A DNA stretch of 64,000 bases from Lachnospiraceae bacterium (GCA_014804245.1 JAAVAE010000014.1:25117-89116), one strand, 5' to 3'. Positions 9,911 to 18,927 are shown, numbered from the stretch's first letter. Numbers and translations: made by a program. The notes: generated from the sequence alone by a model not told the origin.

Positions 9911-10707
9911 GATGCGCCTCCGTTTATTCCTTTAAGTTCATCCAGCATGGCTTTCTTGTTGGGGGAGCGCATAAGGGTCTCGCCAATTAACACAGCATTC
10001 ACGCGGGATTGTTCCAAAGATACGATATCCTCCCGGCAGCGGATGCCGCTTTCTGCAACGAATAAAATGGATTCCGGCACCAGTGAGCGGAGACGGGCGC
10101 TGTTGTTTATATCTACGGAAAAGTTTTTAAGGTTCCGGTTGTTTACACCTATAATGCGGGCGCCTGCTTTAATGGCGGAAGCAATTTCCGCTTCATCATG
10201 TGCTTCCACAAGGGCTGAGAGTCCAAGCCGGTCACAGATTTCAATATAGTGCTTTAAGGTATCGGTGGAAAGCAGGGAACAAATCAACAGGACGGCGCTT
10301 GCGCCTAACAATTTTGCCTCGTAAATCATGTATTCGTCCACCGTAAAATCCTTGCGGATGCAGGGAATGGAAACAGTCCCTGCGATTTCTTTCAGATATT
10401 CATCCTTCCCTAAAAACCATTTTGGCTCTGTCAGCACGGAGATGCAGGATGCCCCTGCTTCTTCATACTCTCTGGCTATGGAAAGATAGGGAAAATCCTC
10501 TGCAATCAATCCCTTGGAAGGAGATGCCTTTTTGCATTCGCAGATAAAGCTGATACCTTCAGAAGATAACGCTTTTTCAAAGGGAAATTCCGTCTGGCAG
10601 TCCATGGAAAGGGCAAGTTCTTTTATTTCTGCAAGAGGATGGACGGCATTTGCTTCCTCCACCCGTTTTTTGGCATAATCTGCTATGGTTTCTAATATGG
10701 TTGCCAT
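9907..10707 (-). CDS. trpC: Indole-3-glycerol phosphate synthase
   Basis: ECKKASPSKG, ISVLTE, RKDF, IGVNNRNL, AESGI, LIGE. Confidence 0.97.
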   Translation of the reverse strand: MATILETIADYAKKRVEEANAVHPLAEIKELALSMDCQTEFPFEKALSSEGISFICECKKASPSKGLIAEDFPYLSIAREYEEAGASCISVLTEPKWFLGKDEYLKEIAGTVSIPCIRKDFTVDEYMIYEAKLLGASAVLLICSLLSTDTLKHYIEICDRLGLSALVEAHDEAEIASAIKAGARIIGVNNRNLKNFSVDINNSARLRSLVPESILFVAESGIRCREDIVSLEQSRVNAVLIGETLMRSPNKKAMLDELKGINGGAS

Positions 10708-10781
10708 TTTATGTTTAACCTTTCTGTAATCGTTAAATTTTTCAACGCTTTAGATCACTTCTATCCAATTTGTTTTTGGAG

Positions 10782-11798
10782 TTAGGCATTGCTTTCTGTT
10801 TTGAATGTCTCCAGTACTGCAAGTGCCTTTCCGCTGTCAATCAGTTCTGCGGCAAGGGTAATGCCGTCTTTAAAGGAATCCGCCTTTCCTGCAATGTAAA
10901 GGGCAGCTCCGGAATTTAAAAGTACCGCATTGCGCTTGGGACCTTTTTCTCCTTTTAAAATAGAGAGTGTAATTTCTGCATTTTCAGCAGGAGTGCCGCC
11001 TACAAGGTCTTCTTTTTTACAGGAGGCAAGACCGAATTCTTCTGGAGTAATCGTATAGGTTTTGTATGCACCCTCATGAAACTCACAGATCATGGTGGGA
11101 GCGCTGGCAGATATCTCATCCATTTTATCCGTTCCGTAGACTACCATTCCGTGTTTTACACCCAAGCTGGTAAGAACTCTTGCAAGAGGCTCTACCAGAG
11201 ATTCATCGTAAACGCCAAGGAGCTGCCTGTTTGGGGAGGCGGGGTTGGTCAGGGGACCTAAAATATTGAACACCGTGCGGATGCCAAGTTCCTTGCGGAT
11301 AGGACCTACATACTTCATGGAAGTGTGATATTTCTGTGCAAAGAAGAAGCAGATGCCGGCTTTTTCAAGAAGGGAGATACACTTTTCCGGTGACTGGTCG
11401 ATGTTGACGCCGAGAGCCTCTAAGCAGTCCGCCGTTCCGCACTTAGAGGAAGCGGCACGGTTGCCATGCTTGGCGACTTTAACGCCGCCGGCGGCAGCTA
11501 CCAGTGCGGAGGTAGTTGAAATATTAAAGCTGTGAGCGCCGTCACCGCCGGTTCCCACGATTTCCATGACATCCATGCTGTGGGGTACCTTTGTAGCGTG
11601 ATCCCGCATGGCTGCAGCACAGCCTGCAATTTCATCTGTGGTCTCCGCCTTTGTGCTTTTGGTGGACAAAGCCGCCAGAAAAGCTGCGTTTTGTGTAGGA
11701 GAGGTCTCGCCGCTCATGATTTCATTGATAACGGCATAAGCCTCGTCATAAGTTAAGTCCTGTTTGTCAACGATTTTTACGATTGCTTCTTTAATCAT
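10782..11798 (-). CDS. trpD: Anthranilate phosphoribosyltransferase
   Basis: [34 protein letters not shown]. Start is 11798 or 11810. Confidence 0.97.
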   Translation of the reverse strand: MIKEAIVKIVDKQDLTYDEAYAVINEIMSGETSPTQNAAFLAALSTKSTKAETTDEIAGCAAAMRDHATKVPHSMDVMEIVGTGGDGAHSFNISTTSALVAAAGGVKVAKHGNRAASSKCGTADCLEALGVNIDQSPEKCISLLEKAGICFFFAQKYHTSMKYVGPIRKELGIRTVFNILGPLTNPASPNRQLLGVYDESLVEPLARVLTSLGVKHGMVVYGTDKMDEISASAPTMICEFHEGAYKTYTITPEEFGLASCKKEDLVGGTPAENAEITLSILKGEKGPKRNAVLLNSGAALYIAGKADSFKDGITLAAELIDSGKALAVLETFKTESNA

Positions 11799-11867
11799 TT
11801 TAATCACCATATTCCTTTCTGCTATTGCTGTATTTGTTTGCTATTCCTTTTTTATTGATACTGAAAC

Positions 11868-12440
11868 TTATGCTATCTGTTCCAGAAAATTTTTTACAAT
11901 TGTTTTTCCGTCCGGTGTAAGAATGGATTCAGGATGAAACTGCAAACCATAAACCTTATAGTCCTTATGCTTCACCGCCATCACTTCACCGTCCTGCGTC
12001 CTGGCGGTTATGGAAAGGCATTCGGGAAGCGTATTCTCCAGCAGGGCGAGAGAGTGATATCTGGCGACCGGTATAGTTTCCGGGAGGTTCTTAAAAATCG
12101 GGCATTCCTTGTCAAGTGCGGTCAGAGACTGCTTTCCGTGCATCAGCTCTTTGGCATAGGAGACCGTTCCTCCGTAAGCTGTGCAGATGGACTGGTGCCC
12201 CAGGCACACACCTAAAATAGGAAACTGGCTTCCCAACTCTTTTACAACACTTACGCATATGCCTGCGTCTTCCGGTTTTCCGGGACCGGGAGAAAGAATA
12301 ATGGCATCAGGTTTCATTTCTTTTATTTCTTCTACGGAATAAGCATCATTCCGAACAACCTTAATATCCGGATTTAATGATCCTACCAGCTGAAACAGAT
12401 TGTAAGAAAAGCTGTCATAATTATCGATTAATAAAATCAT
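11868..12440 (-). CDS. trpG: Anthranilate synthase component II
   Basis: IDNYDSF, SPGPG, GVCLGHQ, RYHSL, QFHPES. Confidence 0.96.
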   Translation of the reverse strand: MILLIDNYDSFSYNLFQLVGSLNPDIKVVRNDAYSVEEIKEMKPDAIILSPGPGKPEDAGICVSVVKELGSQFPILGVCLGHQSICTAYGGTVSYAKELMHGKQSLTALDKECPIFKNLPETIPVARYHSLALLENTLPECLSITARTQDGEVMAVKHKDYKVYGLQFHPESILTPDGKTIVKNFLEQIA

Positions 12441-13900
12441 TGGTCTATCTCCTTAGCAGTTTTTAATGCATTTACAACGGCAGCAGCTTTGTTAAGGCAT
12501 TCCTGGAATTCCTTCTCGGGAACGGAATCCGCCACGATGCCGGCGCCGCTTCTGACAAATACTTTGCCATTCTTTTTATAAGCGATTCTGATAGCAATAC
12601 AGGTATCTAAGTTGCCGGTAAAATCCAGATAACCGATGGCGCCGCCGTAGATGCCCCGCTTGTTGTTTTCCAGATCGTTGATTAACTGACAGGCTTTAAT
12701 TTTCGGCGCGCCTGAGAGGGTTCCGGCGGGAAGAATCGCATCTATAGCAGAAAGTGCATCTTCGTTTTCACGGATTTCTCCCCGGACCGTGGAACCGATG
12801 TGCATGACGTGGGAATATCTTTCAATACAATGATATTTTTCCACTTCTACGGTTCCGAACTTGCTGATTTTTCCAATGTCATTTCTGCCAAGGTCTACCA
12901 GCATATTATGCTCTGCCAACTCTTTTGGGTCAGCAAGCAGTTCCTCTTCTAAGGCTTTGTCCTCTTCCTCCGTCTTTCCTCTGGGTCTTGTTCCTGCCAA
13001 TGGAAAGGTGTGGAGAATGCCGTCTTCCAGTTTGACTAAGGTTTCCGGGGAGGCGCCTGCCACCTCCATATCGCTGCTGGAAAAATAAAACATATAAGGA
13101 GAGGGATTCATAGTGCGCAGCACCCGATAGGTGTTTAAAAGACTTCCCTCAAAGTCTGCCTCCAAACGGTTGGAGAGAACGATTTGGAAAATGTCCCCCT
13201 CTTTAATGTGATGCTTTGCTTTTTCCACCATGGCGCAATACTCTTCCTGCTGGAATAAAGGGCGGAAGTCGGTGGTGCATTTACCGGGATCCTCTGCTAT
13301 GGGAGTGCCGTTTTTAATCAGATCGGACAGCTGCTTTAATTCCAAAATGGCTCTGTTGTATTCTGTTTCAAGATGTTCAAGGCTGATATTGACGATTAAA
13401 ATAATCTTTTGCTTGAAGTTGTCAAAGGCAATCACTTTGTCAAAAAGCATCAAGTCTACATCTTTGAACCCTTCCGTATCAACAGCATCCAGATTTAACG
13501 AGGGTTCCGCATATTTCAGATAATCATAAGAGAAATACCCCACCAGACCGCCTGTAAAGGGGGGGAGGTAGGAGAAGCGGGGGCTTTGATGCTCCTCAAT
13601 TACCTGCCGGATGTATTTGCCGGGCTCTGCGGTTTCAAATGAGAGCGCGCCCACTTTCATCTGCCCGTTCTGACAAGTGATTTCCAGGCTGGGGTCATAG
13701 CCTAAAAAAGTGTACCGTCCCCATTTTTCATGGTCAGAAACAGATTCCAGCAGATAACAATGGCTGGATACATTTTTCAGGATTTTTAAAACTTCAATGG
13801 GTGTCCTTACGTCAGAAAGAATTTCCATGCTGACGGGAGCCGTTTTATACTTATTTTCCTGTTGAAGTTCTTTTAAAATTTTAAGTTCAGGTTGAATCAT
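12437..13900 (-). CDS. trpE: Anthranilate synthase component I
   Basis: LLES, GDIFQIVLS, NPSPYM, ASPE, PLAGTRPRG, EHNMLVDLGRND, PAGTLSGAPK. Start moved to ATG 13900 (GAAAGGA RBS) because the longer ORF runs through the T-box. Confidence 0.97.
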   Translation of the reverse strand: MIQPELKILKELQQENKYKTAPVSMEILSDVRTPIEVLKILKNVSSHCYLLESVSDHEKWGRYTFLGYDPSLEITCQNGQMKVGALSFETAEPGKYIRQVIEEHQSPRFSYLPPFTGGLVGYFSYDYLKYAEPSLNLDAVDTEGFKDVDLMLFDKVIAFDNFKQKIILIVNISLEHLETEYNRAILELKQLSDLIKNGTPIAEDPGKCTTDFRPLFQQEEYCAMVEKAKHHIKEGDIFQIVLSNRLEADFEGSLLNTYRVLRTMNPSPYMFYFSSSDMEVAGASPETLVKLEDGILHTFPLAGTRPRGKTEEEDKALEEELLADPKELAEHNMLVDLGRNDIGKISKFGTVEVEKYHCIERYSHVMHIGSTVRGEIRENEDALSAIDAILPAGTLSGAPKIKACQLINDLENNKRGIYGGAIGYLDFTGNLDTCIAIRIAYKKNGKVFVRSGAGIVADSVPEKEFQECLNKAAAVVNALKTAKEIDQ

Positions 13901-13945
13901 ATTTTTCCTTTCCGCCCGTAGGCTATTGGGATTTCTTATGTTAAT

Positions 13946-14275
13946 AAAAAAACGCCCTCGACAGAAATTAACTTCTGCCAAGGACGAATATAAACTATCC
14001 GCGGTGCCACCTTGATTTACAGCCTGCGCTGTACACTTAACAGGATACCAACATATCCCCGGCAACTGACGTGTGCCTTACGTTGCAGAATACTTAACAG
14101 ATTACGAAGTAAGCTGACAGTTTTACGAAGTAAACTGATAGATTTACGAAGTAAGCTATTGTTCACTGCACCCTCTGCGGTCCATTTGATGACTTGTTTT
14201 CCACCCGTTTCCAGCAATCCGGGCTCTCTGTGGGAGCATCATCACCTTTATCTCCGCGTCAACGGTTTAGGTTTT
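13946..14275 (-). promoter_or_regulatory. T-box riboswitch (Trp) upstream of trpE
   Basis: Minus strand: AG-bulge AGAGA, GCUG loop, specifier UGG (14182-14184), T-box AAUCAAGGUGGCACCGCG (14000-14017), terminator hairpin with U7 (13946-13986). Confidence 0.95.
14102..14157. repeat. Three tandem 21-bp-period repeats with palindromic core TTACGAAGTAA inside the trp T-box
   Basis: Core starts at 14102, 14123 and 14144. Confidence 0.9.
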
Positions 14276-14286
14276 AAATTTTCTTT

Positions 14287-14315
14287 ATCATAGCGCAGTG
14301 GTAAAGGATTGTCAA
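14287..14315 (-). promoter_or_regulatory. Sigma-A promoter of the trp leader
   Basis: TTGACA-17 bp-TATGAT on the minus strand. Confidence 0.75.
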
Positions 14316-14331
14316 CAAAAAACAAACAAAA

Positions 14332-14360
14332 TTGACGTAAAAAATAAATTCTTCTATAAT
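14332..14360 (+). promoter_or_regulatory. Sigma-A promoter of the DUF4832 gene
   Basis: TTGACG-17 bp-TATAAT. Confidence 0.7.
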
Positions 14361-14410
14361 TTATAAAATATATTTCAATGAAAAGGGCAGATTGCATTCA
14401 GGAGGTTATT

Positions 14411-15805
14411 TTGCGTAGGGTAAAGAGGTCTATTCCTTGTACGGGGATTCTGTTTTTCGTTATATTATTAGTTTTGGCAGCAGCATATATAGTTTTAATG
14501 TCAAAAGGCAATTGGAAATTTCAGGAGACAGATCGGCGGCTTGAGAATCCGAATCGAGGCTTTTATATCCAGGTTAACAGCAGGAATTATGAAAGGATAC
14601 CGGATATAGCAAAAGAGGTAAGGATCATTCTTCTTACTTTCAATATAGGAGAGTATCTTTCGGAGGATCTGCCGGAAGAAAAGCTGGAGGAACTTGAAAA
14701 TGCACTGCGAACAGCCAAAGACAGTCATGTTGCGGTTGTGTTCCGGGCCGCCTATGATTTTGATGGAAACGTGGAAGAACCGGACAGCATAGAGCGGATG
14801 GGCAGGCATATGGAACAGATATCTGAAATTTTAAATACCTATGCCGATCAGATTCTTGTGGTGCAGGCAGGAATGCTGGGAGATTATGGAGAATGGCATT
14901 CCAGCCGCTATTTAGATGGAACGGAAGAAGAACAGGCGGAGAGCAGATTGTACATTTTAAGACAATGGGAAGCATATTTATCTCCCCAGATCAAGGTAGA
15001 TGTACGCAGACCGCGATTTATAAGGGAAGCCATGGAGGAAGGCGTTTTAACAAACAGGCTGGGATTTCACAATGACGGTCTGTTGTCCACGGATAATGAT
15101 ATGGGGACTTATGATGAAGCAGGAATGAGCCGCGAGTATGAGTTGGAATGGATGCAGCTAAATCTCGCAGGACAGGTAAACGGTGGGGAGATGCCGATGG
15201 CAGGGGAGTTTAGCCTTCCGGAAAATGCAGATCGGGAATTTGCAAAAATGCATATAGGATATCTGAACCTGAAATATAACGAAGAGGTGCTCGCTAGGTG
15301 GGAAGCGGAAACGATGGGAGGTATGGATGCGAAAAGTTATTTGGAGAATCATCTGGGATACCGCCTGTTCCTTTCGGATCTTGTCATGCGGCAAATACAT
15401 CTGGAAGGGGAGCTTTTTCAAAATGGAATGAAAATGAATATCCGCTTATGCAATACGGGATATGCGCCGCTTCCTTCTGACTATAAAGTATTTCTGGCTG
15501 TAGGCGCTGATGGGGAATGGGTCTTTCAGGAGATTCAGATGCCGGAATTGTATCAGATATCCAACGGTGAAAGTGTGGAAAAGGAAATAGAGGTACAAAT
15601 TCCGGAAAAATTTGCCTATGAGAACACACTGGACATAGGGTTAAAAATTGCCCGTGACGCAGAGGAAGAAAACGGGCAGGATTGCGTGGAGTTAGCCAAT
15701 CAGGAATTTGTTTATCAAAATGGGGTAAATAAGTTTGCGTCCTTAGACAGAGAATGGAAATGGTTTTTTAAAACTGGGGTGTCAGACTCTAAGATATATG
15801 AATAG
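14411..15805 (+). CDS. Membrane-anchored DUF4874/DUF4832 protein (putative glycoside-hydrolase-like TIM barrel)
   Basis: N-terminal TM; NPNRGFY, VVQAGMLGDYGEWH, GFHNDG, GGE, HLGYRL, NTGYAP motifs. TTG start after GGAGG. Confidence 0.7.
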   Translation: MRRVKRSIPCTGILFFVILLVLAAAYIVLMSKGNWKFQETDRRLENPNRGFYIQVNSRNYERIPDIAKEVRIILLTFNIGEYLSEDLPEEKLEELENALRTAKDSHVAVVFRAAYDFDGNVEEPDSIERMGRHMEQISEILNTYADQILVVQAGMLGDYGEWHSSRYLDGTEEEQAESRLYILRQWEAYLSPQIKVDVRRPRFIREAMEEGVLTNRLGFHNDGLLSTDNDMGTYDEAGMSREYELEWMQLNLAGQVNGGEMPMAGEFSLPENADREFAKMHIGYLNLKYNEEVLARWEAETMGGMDAKSYLENHLGYRLFLSDLVMRQIHLEGELFQNGMKMNIRLCNTGYAPLPSDYKVFLAVGADGEWVFQEIQMPELYQISNGESVEKEIEVQIPEKFAYENTLDIGLKIARDAEEENGQDCVELANQEFVYQNGVNKFASLDREWKWFFKTGVSDSKIYE

Positions 15806-15859
15806 ATAAAATATTAGCTAATAATTGTAATTTTTTAATATTTGGGATAAAATATTATC
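15805..15859 (+). promoter_or_regulatory. hipBA-like promoter with two GATAA-N4-TTA(T/G)C operators
   Basis: GATAAAATATTAGC (15805-15818) and GATAAAATATTATC (15846-15859). TTGTAA-17 bp-TAAAAT, with the ATG 7 nt after the -10. Confidence 0.6.
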
Positions 15860-15860
15860 T

Positions 15861-16148
15861 ATGAAGACAACATTTTCTTTTTTACAAAAAACACCGGGAG
15901 AATTACAGACACTTATTGCTGAACGTGTCCGCATGATTAGAAAAAGGCGGAAAATATCGCAGAAGAAACTAAGCGAATTATCGGGAGTGAGTCTTGGTTC
16001 TGTTAAACGATTTGAGCAAAGCGGTGAGATCTCATTTCTCTCCCTTATCAAAATTGCAACTGCGCTGGGTTTAAACAATGAACTGGAGCATTTATTTGAG
16101 GATGTTCCGCCATTGTCTATAGAGGAGATTATCCGTGGACAGGATTAA
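15861..16148 (+). CDS. XRE HTH antitoxin (HipB-like)
   Basis: SQKKLSELSGVSLGSVKRFE HTH; overlaps the downstream HipA-family gene. Confidence 0.82.
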   Translation: MKTTFSFLQKTPGELQTLIAERVRMIRKRRKISQKKLSELSGVSLGSVKRFEQSGEISFLSLIKIATALGLNNELEHLFEDVPPLSIEEIIRGQD

Positions 16149-17274
16149 ACAACTAAATGTATTTTATCATGAGAATAAGGTAGGAACTTTAGCGCTGTAT
16201 AAGGAGCATCTGGCAGCTTTTGAATACGATAAGGAATGGATTGAAAACGGATTTTCTATTAGTCCGTTTTCTCTGCCTTTAGAAAAAAGAATTTTTATTC
16301 CGGATATGGATCCTTTTGGCGGTTTGTTTGGTGTGTTCGCAGACAGCCTTCCGGATGGGTGGGGACGTTTTCTGGTAGATCGTCTGATGCTCAAAAATCA
16401 TATGAATCCTGCCATGGTGGGTAATTTGAACAGACTTGCGATTGTAGGAAATTCAGGAATGGGTGCACTTTCTTATAGACCGGAGATACAACTGAATGCT
16501 GTGTCATCGATAATGGAACTTGATCAAGTTGCAGAAGAATGTGAGAATCTATTGAAAACGGAATATTCTGCTGATCTGGATCAATTATTTCAACTGGGAG
16601 GTTCCTCCGGCGGCGCAAGGCCTAAAATCCTGACGGAAATAGATGGTGAGGAGTGGATTATCAAGTTTCCGTCTCATGATGATAAAAAGGATATTGGCAA
16701 ACAGGAGTATGAGTATTCCTTGTGTGCAAAAGAATGTGGCATTGAAATGACAGAAACAAAATTGTTCCATTCTGAAAGATGTGCGGGATATTTTGGCACG
16801 AAACGTTTTGACCGGAAAAGAGATGCTGGAAATGTTACGACTAAAATCCATATGCTTTCTGTCAGTGCAATATTGGAAACATCGCATCGGATTCCAAATC
16901 TGGATTATCATCTTCTGATGAAACTCACTTTGGAAATCACGAAGGATTTTTCAGAGGTACTGAAGCTATATAGATTGATGTGCTTTAATGTGTTCGCCCA
17001 CAACAGGGATGATCATTCAAAAAATTTTTCCTATCTGTATGATGAAGCGGAAGCGCGTTGGAGACTTGCACCTGCCTATGATCTGACTTACAGCAATTCC
17101 CTTGGGGGAGAACATGCTACAACCATCAATGGAAATGGCTCTAATCCTGCGCTGGCAGATTTGCTTGCTGTAGCCATACAGATTGGTATTCGGGAAACAC
17201 AGGCTAAGAAGATTGCATTGGAGATTAGGGAGTGTGTATGTGATATGTTGGATGAGTATTTGCAAATAAAATGA
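16135..17274 (+). CDS. hipA: HipA-family toxin Ser/Thr kinase
   Basis: N-terminal FADSLPDGWG subdomain, P-loop GGSSGGARPK, KRFDR, NRDDHSKNFS, LAPAYD. Confidence 0.92.
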   Translation: MDRIKQLNVFYHENKVGTLALYKEHLAAFEYDKEWIENGFSISPFSLPLEKRIFIPDMDPFGGLFGVFADSLPDGWGRFLVDRLMLKNHMNPAMVGNLNRLAIVGNSGMGALSYRPEIQLNAVSSIMELDQVAEECENLLKTEYSADLDQLFQLGGSSGGARPKILTEIDGEEWIIKFPSHDDKKDIGKQEYEYSLCAKECGIEMTETKLFHSERCAGYFGTKRFDRKRDAGNVTTKIHMLSVSAILETSHRIPNLDYHLLMKLTLEITKDFSEVLKLYRLMCFNVFAHNRDDHSKNFSYLYDEAEARWRLAPAYDLTYSNSLGGEHATTINGNGSNPALADLLAVAIQIGIRETQAKKIALEIRECVCDMLDEYLQIK

Positions 17275-17319
17275 TGTTGCCCTTGCAACTTCATGCTTTT
17301 ATGTTAAAATAATAACTTG

Positions 17320-17582
17320 GCAACAGACGGGAAATCCGTCGATGATTGCGGTGCCGGACTATCATCCGGCTTAAAAAGGAACAATGTGAAAATCATTGGC
17401 AGCTTACTCTGAGGTAAGGCGGATGAGATTCCAGGGCAGGAATGCCAGCCATTGTATCAATGATGTGCGCAGCATGAAGTATATTTTAAAAGCAGCACAG
17501 ATATGAGAAGACGGAAAATCAAAAGAAGCCAAGTCCTAAGACTTGCCGTAATCATAAATCTGTTTCTTTGGTAGGAAGGAAA
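17320..17582 (+). ncRNA. Cobalamin riboswitch (sequence-divergent)
   Basis: GGUGC-hairpin-UUAAAAAGGAA, CAAUG-UGAAAAU-CAUUG, GCCAUUG...UGAGAAGAC, B12-box-like AGUCCUAAGACUUGCCGU. 17342-17351 pairs with 17546-17555. Precedes DUF4430 and S-component genes. Confidence 0.82.
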
Positions 17583-17592
17583 GGAGAAAAGG

Positions 17593-17991
17593 ATGAACAA
17601 AAAACAGACGATTACTTTGGTAGGCGTATTTGCGGCGATTCTTGTTATTGCGGCAGTAGTGGCAGGGATGCTGAACTATCGCGCTACGCAATCCGGTATG
17701 AAGGAATTTCAGGTTGAGGTGGTTTCTGACAGAGATGGATATTCTCAGACAGCAGAATATAGGTCGGATGCCGAATATCTGGGAGAATTTTTAAGGACGA
17801 TGGAGAGCTGCGAATGGCAGGAGTCCAGCTATGGAATTTATATCACCGGGTTTGACGGAATGCAGGAAGATTTGGATAACCAGTACTGGTGGTGTGTACT
17901 GGTTAATGGAGAATCCAGTATGACAGGAGCAGACGAGATTCCCCTTGCGGATGGAGATGTATATTGCTTTACTCTGAAGCAGGGGTGGTAG
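17593..17991 (+). CDS. Membrane-anchored DUF4430 protein (transcobalamin C-terminal-like; putative corrinoid-binding)
   Basis: N-terminal TM; YGIYITGFDG, YWWCVLVNG...GADEIPLADGD motifs; riboswitch context. Confidence 0.78.
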   Translation: MNKKQTITLVGVFAAILVIAAVVAGMLNYRATQSGMKEFQVEVVSDRDGYSQTAEYRSDAEYLGEFLRTMESCEWQESSYGIYITGFDGMQEDLDNQYWWCVLVNGESSMTGADEIPLADGDVYCFTLKQGW

Positions 17992-17992
17992 G

Positions 17993-18496
17993 ATGTCGGT
18001 TAGGAAAATGACAAGGATAGCGCTTTTAAGTGCTATCCTTTATGTGTCAAAGGTGGCATTGGAGGCTTTTGCCAATGTGGAATTAATTTCTACTCTGGTT
18101 ATTGTTTATACGCTGGTTTTTGGACGGGAAACCTTCTTGACTATAACGGTGTTTAATTTGTTCGAACTGATACAATGGGGATTTGGAAGCTGGTGGGTAA
18201 GCTACCTGTATGTGTGGCCCCTGCTCTGCTTAAGCGTGTTGCTGCTTAAGAAGCTGGTGAAGGAAGAAATTCTGGTCTGGAGTGTAGTGGCAGGATGCTT
18301 TGGGCTGATATTTGGCGGTCTGTTTGCCATAGCCTACCTTCCCATAGACCCGTCCTATGCTCTTGCATACTGGATATCAGGGCTTCCGTGGGATGTATGG
18401 CATGGGGTGTGGAATTTTGTTTTGACGATTGTACTCGGAAAACCTTTGTATAAGGTTCTGCGTATGCTGAAAAACCGTTTTTTTGCAGAAGAGTGA
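17993..18496 (+). CDS. ECF transporter S-component, CbrT-like (cobalamin)
   Basis: 167 aa hydrophobic; RIALLSAIL, NVELIS, YWISGLPWDVWHG pattern; riboswitch context. Confidence 0.72.
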   Translation: MSVRKMTRIALLSAILYVSKVALEAFANVELISTLVIVYTLVFGRETFLTITVFNLFELIQWGFGSWWVSYLYVWPLLCLSVLLLKKLVKEEILVWSVVAGCFGLIFGGLFAIAYLPIDPSYALAYWISGLPWDVWHGVWNFVLTIVLGKPLYKVLRMLKNRFFAEE

Positions 18497-18503
18497 AAAT
18501 AGC

Positions 18504-18559
18504 AAAACGGCGACTGCGTTATCTGAGCAACAGATAGTGCAATCGCCGTTTTATTTTTA
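18504..18559. terminator. Bidirectional intrinsic terminator
   Basis: AAAACGGCGA...TATCTG-agcaa-CAGATA...TCGCCGTTTT between convergent genes. Confidence 0.8.
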
Positions 18560-18576
18560 TATTTGCAGTGAAAGAT

Positions 18577-18888
18577 TTATTTGAATTTCACTGCTGTCCC
18601 ATAAGCCATCACTTCGGCAGCCCCCTGCATGACAGAAGAGGAGGAGTAGCGGATGTTGACAATTGCGTCAGCGGAAAGGCGCTCTGCTTCCGCTATCATA
18701 CGTTTTGTTGCCAGATCCCTTGCTTCGTTCATCATATCGGTGTAAGCTTTTAGTTCACCGCCGACGATGGTTTTAAAGCTCTGGGTGATGTCCCTGCCGA
18801 TATTCTTTGACTGGATGGTGCTGCCCTTTACCAGACCAAGCATTTCAAGTTCTTTTCCGTTAATGTAATCTGTGTTTACTAAAATCAT
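18577..18888 (-). CDS. YbjQ (UPF0145) family protein
   Basis: LGLVKG, VGGELKAYT, ADAIVNIR, EVMAYGTAVK. Confidence 0.9.
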   Translation of the reverse strand: MILVNTDYINGKELEMLGLVKGSTIQSKNIGRDITQSFKTIVGGELKAYTDMMNEARDLATKRMIAEAERLSADAIVNIRYSSSSVMQGAAEVMAYGTAVKFK

Positions 18889-18927
18889 TTTTTGTACTCC
18901 TTTTATTTAGAATATTTTTTTTAAATT

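Noticed and set aside
13901-14065. N-terminal extension of TrpE in the ORF track
   Set aside because: Runs through the T-box terminator; a good RBS precedes ATG 13900.
14102-14164. 21-bp repeats as a mini CRISPR array
   Set aside because: Period too short, no unique spacers, no cas genes, and they lie inside a T-box leader.
14017-14217. Minus-strand 66-aa ORF as a trp attenuator leader peptide
   Set aside because: No RBS, and its single Trp codon is the T-box specifier; T-box elements explain the region.
1500-17300. Prophage, ICE or IS around the TA-like modules
   Set aside because: No integrase, transposase, relaxase or phage gene, and no flanking direct repeats found by eye.
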